Assembly (NCBI GenBank): GCA_963668555.2
Contig: CAXXIC010000001.1
Coordinates: forward strand, 1,493,662-1,557,661
Reading direction: 5' to 3'
Length of the DNA stretch: 64,000 nucleotides
From: Bacteroidales bacterium
Lineage (GTDB): Bacteria; Bacteroidota; Bacteroidia; Bacteroidales; UBA7332
Of the stretch, positions 60,984 to 64,000 are shown piece by piece. Every line of letters begins with the position of its first letter. Within the stretch, counting starts at the first letter, position 1. The position numbers were made by a program, and so were the translations under genes. The notes beneath the pieces are model-generated. The model made no database searches. It saw only the letters and a list, made by a program, of their open reading frames with translations, and had not been told where the DNA came from.

Positions 60984-61217
60984 TTAGTATCGTTTTTCTT
61001 TTGACTCTGATTGTTCTCCCGGAATTTCATCACAGGTTTCGTCGATTGCCGTAGAGCAGGTGTCTGCTTGAGGTATATTTACTATTCTTTCGCCAGACAG
61101 ATCCTTAACTATTTCCTGAAGGATAGGACTATCTTTTTTTAATAACGAAGCAATATATTCTTCAGGATCCTCTGCAAATAAATTTTCCCGTATCCATGCT
61201 TTCAAATTACTTCTCAT
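60984..61217 (-). CDS. Small hypothetical protein, 77 aa (uncertain)
   Basis: ATG start, ends 14 nt before the preferred TlpA start; no recognisable motif. Confidence 0.3.
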   Translation of the reverse strand: MRSNLKAWIRENLFAEDPEEYIASLLKKDSPILQEIVKDLSGERIVNIPQADTCSTAIDETCDEIPGEQSESKEKRY

Positions 61218-61720
61218 ACTTTAAACTTTTAGGATTGATTATATCTCCTTTACCCTTTCTATCGATAAGATTGAAGTGTAATTTCTTCAAACCAGTAAAC
61301 CTGATAACAGTTTAAAAACAACGCTGATATGAACAAAACAGCGACTCCAGCACATTTCAGTTGAAATAAAATCCAGAGTCAGAAAGTGCAAATTGTCTAC
61401 ACTTCGGTCAACAACTCAGATACAACTCGCTTCGAAGGCAAAATAAGGGTTTATTACGTGTAGAAACTTACATTATCAGATACTATATTATTAATTCTAA
61501 ACATATTCTATACACAACGAAACTGAAGCCAGATGAAGGACAGGACAGCAGACTACCGCTTGCCCCCTGTTCTTTAATTTGATAACCGGTACTCATAAGC
61601 CATTCTGATTATTGCTATCGCTACACTTGCCAGCCGGAGGCCGGCTTCTAACTGAACGAAGGGTGGACACCTTCGCTCAACGGCCTTCGCTTTATATACA
61701 CTACTGGCAACCGGGGGGGA

Positions 61721-62542
61721 TTATTTCAGAATAGCCTGATCGGACACGATAGAAACATCTTCTTTCTCAGCAATAAGGGGGCCATGATACCCTGCAAGTG
61801 GCACATCCGCCCGGAATGGCTTAACGTCTTTAGCCGTTCCGCTCTTCAATTCTTCGGCCAGCGACAGCATCCTGGAGATATACGCTTTGCCGATCGGCTT
61901 TTTAAGATAAACGTAGTGTCCGCAATAGATGCGGGGAATGCCGTTATCAATGAAGGCAAGCATCCGTTTGCACGCTTTAATGTAATCGGTTATCGGCGAT
62001 AAAGGCTGTAATTGCAGCCACACCTGATTCGATCCGAATGCATCACCGGAATAACAGTCGCCATTGGCACGGTCAATCAGGACGATGGAGCCCGGAGTAT
62101 GAGCCGGCATATGACTCACTTCTATCTTCCTGTCACCCAGATCAAAGACATATCCGTCATCTACAAAATTCACTTTCCCCTTGTAGCCTTGTCCTTCCAC
62201 CATGGGAAAATCAGCCTTGTGCATAAAAATAGCACCGAAATAACCGATGTTTCCCGTATGATCATAATGCCCATGCGTGACGACCACATCCAGCGGCTTG
62301 GAGGTGATTCGTCGGACTATCACATCAAGCGAGTCACATTTAGTCCCGGTATCAATCAGCAATGATTTTTTGGCCCCTTCAATAATATACAGGGTGCAGT
62401 TGTCGGATGTTTCACCAATCCAGACATGTTCTTTTAGCTTTGAAATAGTCAGTTGCCCGTTTTGAAAAACCTGGGCTGACAAAGCGATTGTCGCGAAGGC
62501 TAATACCAACACGAATGTTACTCCTTTTCTGTAGTTAATCAT
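61721..62542 (-). CDS. MBL-fold metallo-hydrolase with signal peptide
   Basis: THGHYDHTG, HTPGS, SGDA and YCGH motifs. Confidence 0.92.
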   Translation of the reverse strand: MINYRKGVTFVLVLAFATIALSAQVFQNGQLTISKLKEHVWIGETSDNCTLYIIEGAKKSLLIDTGTKCDSLDVIVRRITSKPLDVVVTHGHYDHTGNIGYFGAIFMHKADFPMVEGQGYKGKVNFVDDGYVFDLGDRKIEVSHMPAHTPGSIVLIDRANGDCYSGDAFGSNQVWLQLQPLSPITDYIKACKRMLAFIDNGIPRIYCGHYVYLKKPIGKAYISRMLSLAEELKSGTAKDVKPFRADVPLAGYHGPLIAEKEDVSIVSDQAILK

Positions 62543-62585
62543 ATATTCAATATTATCAGGTTAATAAAGCCACCCATCACCTCAG

Positions 62586-62608
62586 ACACACCGTAGGAGG
62601 CGGTGTGT
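62586..62608. terminator. Hairpin between the TlpA-like gene and the MBL gene
   Basis: ACACACCG-TAGGAGG-CGGTGTGT. Confidence 0.45.
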
Positions 62609-62783
62609 TATTAGCGAATTCGATAGTTATCTCGGGATGTACTTACACGGAGAATAGACAGAGTCTAATAGAGAAAAAAGAAAAAGCTCTGTGAATTCTA
62701 TGTGTAAAATGTAACAATAAATTTGTCCTATTACTTAAGTGACGGGGGAAGTTCATAAGTATTGTATGGGCAATAAAATCCCA

Positions 62784-64000
62784 TCATTGAGCTGTGAGCT
62801 TCATCAGCATCTCTTTGAGTTCGCCATTACTTTTCTCAATCGGACTCTTCGGATCAATAATCTTTCCGGATTTGTCAACTACCATATAATGAGGAATCGT
62901 ATTAATTTCAAAATGTTTGCAGATATATTCCCATTGGGAATTGCTCAGTCGGTAATGTTCGCCACGAATATCGGGAATCGTGTTTTCCCAAACTTTTTTG
63001 GGTGACGACTCGCCTGTCAGGTACAGGAATACCACATTGTCATTTTTTATTTCCTCCTTGAGTGGCACTATTCTTTTTATGGCATTGCCACAGGGACCGC
63101 ACCACGTTGCCCAAAAGTCAATATAGATTACTTTACCCTTATATTTCTCAATGATTGCATCCAGCAGTTTCTCGTTATCCGTTTCGGGAGTGGCATTGAG
63201 GTGATAGATGTTGCTCTGGCGTTTGAGCAGGTTTTGTCTTTGAAGCTCATTGTTTTTGTCAATCACATATCCGGCAAGCACCTGATTAGGAATGTTCTTG
63301 TAAACCTCTTGTTTGGATTGTTCATTCAGAAACTCATAACTAGAAAAGGGAATCAAATAGAAGTTGACTTTTATCAGGGTAGCGATAATGTTGTCTTTTC
63401 CAACCACCTTGAAAATTCTTTCACTCGTATTGTTCAGAGTTTGTGTTTTTAATGACTCCGACAAGTCGGCTTGATATTTAGTCAGGAACTCGGGGATTGA
63501 TTTCTTGATATTAATTCCTTTGAAAATGGAATCTTCCGGAAGCTTGTTGCCCTTAATCTGTTCATTGAACAGGCTGTCCACGATCAATTCATTAGCAGTA
63601 AGCTGGTTCTTCTTTTTAATGTAGGCGAGTGCATTTTGCAATACAGACATTCCTCTTTGCTCTTCATTTGTGCTCTCCGGTGGCATATTCCTTAGAAGTT
63701 TGGTGAGAGTTTCCAGACTTTGGTTACTGCTAATCGCGAATGAATCTTTAAAGGCTTTCCCAATTGTGTTGTAAATACTTTCCGTAAATGTCTGGTTTTT
63801 GAAAGGCGACACATTCACGTCACTGCCGGATATGTATTGCCTGTAGCCGTAGTTGTTTTTCGCATACAGGTTGTAGTCCAGTAGTGCATTGGCCTGTTTC
63901 ATCTCAATACGGTTTTTCAAGATCCGGGTTGCTTTTTTGCTCAAAGGATTTTGCTTTTGATCGCTGGCTAAGCGTATCTTGTCTTGCTCATAAATACTCT
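62784..64000 (-). CDS. TlpA-like thioredoxin-fold protein, C-terminal part (5'-truncated by window end)
   Basis: IDFWATWCGPC and INTIPHYMVVDKSG motifs; frame stays open to the window end. Confidence 0.88.
   Translation of the reverse strand, partial: SIYEQDKIRLASDQKQNPLSKKATRILKNRIEMKQANALLDYNLYAKNNYGYRQYISGSDVNVSPFKNQTFTESIYNTIGKAFKDSFAISSNQSLETLTKLLRNMPPESTNEEQRGMSVLQNALAYIKKKNQLTANELIVDSLFNEQIKGNKLPEDSIFKGINIKKSIPEFLTKYQADLSESLKTQTLNNTSERIFKVVGKDNIIATLIKVNFYLIPFSSYEFLNEQSKQEVYKNIPNQVLAGYVIDKNNELQRQNLLKRQSNIYHLNATPETDNEKLLDAIIEKYKGKVIYIDFWATWCGPCGNAIKRIVPLKEEIKNDNVVFLYLTGESSPKKVWENTIPDIRGEHYRLSNSQWEYICKHFEINTIPHYMVVDKSGKIIDPKSPIEKSNGELKEMLMKLTAQ

Noticed and set aside
61000-61033. Track start of the TlpA-like gene at 61033
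   Set aside because: The signal peptide begins at the Met at 60970, and the extension overlaps the small upstream ORF.
61207-61311. Gene remnant (TVIRFTGLKKLHFNLIDRKGKGDIINPKSLKYEK) overlapping the 77-aa ORF start
   Set aside because: No start codon, preceded by an in-frame stop, and no family recognised; too short to call.

Overview
Bacteroidales-type chromosome segment, judged from gene content and recurrent TAnnTTTG -7 promoter elements. The genus cannot be fixed from sequence alone. 1-24 kb is mostly core genes: a 5'-truncated hemerythrin-like gene plus HPP, panB, ffh, folD, tRNA-His, a FecCD-type ABC permease/ATPase, a GltD-like oxidoreductase, catalase, der, mntH, era, fabH, rpmF, DUF177, an orphan sensor kinase, an argR-GNAT-argG-argC-argD operon carrying two inserted genes, and rnhB. 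24-35 kb is an accessory region: an FeS/FAD oxidase plus extended-SDR pair, a 320-aa hypothetical, a decayed two-gene toxin-antitoxin-like module, a WYL regulator, a Trp-repeat protein, an AT-rich putative HNH nuclease, a DUF6261-like gene, a 43-bp tandem double-hairpin array and about 1 kb of gene-free DNA. 35-58.4 kb is a glucurono(arabino)xylan locus with no SusC/SusD in the window (GH115, uxuB, uxuA, GH67, GH43, GPH symporter, HTCS, SGNH esterase, GH95, multimodular GH98). 58.6-64 kb holds two large TlpA-like proteins flanking an MBL hydrolase. Best candidate for an undescribed system: a WYL-controlled module in which two genes share a YGCCA-N5-TGGCG operator at an identical distance from their promoters. 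It is bracketed by two gap-free copies of a 102-bp element containing head-to-head TTATCAACA boxes. Also notable are two related candidate sRNAs whose AAGGTTAA-type seed is complementary to 5' UTRs in this window. All family assignments come from motif recognition; no database searches were run.
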